Virus record (IMG/VR): IMGVR_UViG_3300027917_001949
Location: 88,754-152,753 of that record
DNA: 64,000 nucleotides
Strand: one strand, 5' to 3'
From: a virus
The translations under genes and the position numbers were made by a program. The notes beneath the pieces are model-generated. The model had not been told where the DNA came from. It worked only from the letters and a program-made list of their open reading frames with translations, and ran no database searches. Each line of letters opens with the position of its first letter. Position 1 is the first letter of the stretch. This document shows, in pieces, positions 63,459 through 64,000 of the stretch.

Positions 63459-64000
63459 AGTCACTGTTTATAGGAAGATGGTCACCTTTTCATGATGGTC
63501 ATAAGAAATTAATTCAGAAAGTTATCGACGAAGGAAATGAAGTAATAGTTGCGATTCGTGATACTAAAATAGATGATAGGAATCCGTACACGGTTGAAGA
63601 ACGTGAGAAAATGATTCGTGACAAGATGGGTGACTCAGTAGATATATGTGTTATCCCAGATTTAGATGAGGTTTGTTATGGTCGTGGTGTCGGTTGGGGT
63701 GTTCGTGAGATTAGTATTGATGAACAGACTCAGCAAATATCAGCCACATCAATACGCAAAGGTATGGACACACCGAAACGTGTTGGTGGATTTGTCGTGT
63801 GGTTGACTGGTCTCCCGTGTTCTGGGAAAACTACAATAGCGGATGCGTTAGCGGAGAAACTCAAGGAAAAACGTTCTAAAGTAGAGAGATTGGACGGTGA
63901 TGTCACTAGAGTACTGTGGAGGGAACTAGGGTTCTCGAAGGGAGATAGGGATGAAAACATTCATAGGGTTGGAGTCTTGTGCGAGATGCTGGTTCGTAAC
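63455..64000 (+). CDS. cysC: HIGH-type nucleotidyltransferase fused to adenylylsulfate (APS) kinase (partial; not in ORF track)
   Basis: Hand translation: MKSLFIGRWSPFHDGH...ISATSIR then VVWLTGLPCSGKTTIA...LDGD...LGFSKGDRDENIHRVG. Confidence 0.88.
   Translation, partial: MKSLFIGRWSPFHDGHKKLIQKVIDEGNEVIVAIRDTKIDDRNPYTVEEREKMIRDKMGDSVDICVIPDLDEVCYGRGVGWGVREISIDEQTQQISATSIRKGMDTPKRVGGFVVWLTGLPCSGKTTIADALAEKLKEKRSKVERLDGDVTRVLWRELGFSKGDRDENIHRVGVLCEMLVRN

Noticed and set aside
1-64000. Stop-codon reassignment
   Set aside because: Known genes (RNR, terL, RtcB, ligase) are full length in the standard code, and TAA, TAG and TGA all end genes.

Overview
This window looks like a 64-kb segment of a large tailed dsDNA phage genome. 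From 1 to about 41.7 kb there is a dense minus-strand array of mostly small, Cys-rich accessory genes: radical SAM/SPASM, dNMP kinase, family-4 UDG, RuvB-like, MoxR AAA+/VWA-peptidase pair, Ku, ATP-dependent ligase, RtcB and a GHKL ATPase. A divergent, repeat-rich control region at about 41.7-47 kb carries near-consensus sigma70 promoter cassettes. The plus-strand arm holds a tmRNA, ClpP, dUTPase, class II RNR, terminase, portal and a glycan/phospho/sulfo-modification cluster that runs off the window end. The most striking observation is a 12-residue module, C-x2-C-x2-[RK]F-x-C-x-[TS], usually with a fourth Cys upstream. It recurs in about 28 otherwise unrelated ORFs at N-terminal, internal or C-terminal positions, with synonymous codon divergence, and its Cys spacing matches EndoIII/Cas4-type [4Fe-4S] ligands. 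Other candidates are a compact tmRNA with a 39-codon tag, repeated structured RNA-like elements at 2.5-2.7 kb and 48.7-48.9 kb, a frame-shifting 31-bp duplication, and apparent GATC/GGCC avoidance. All family calls come from motif recognition by eye; no searches were run.
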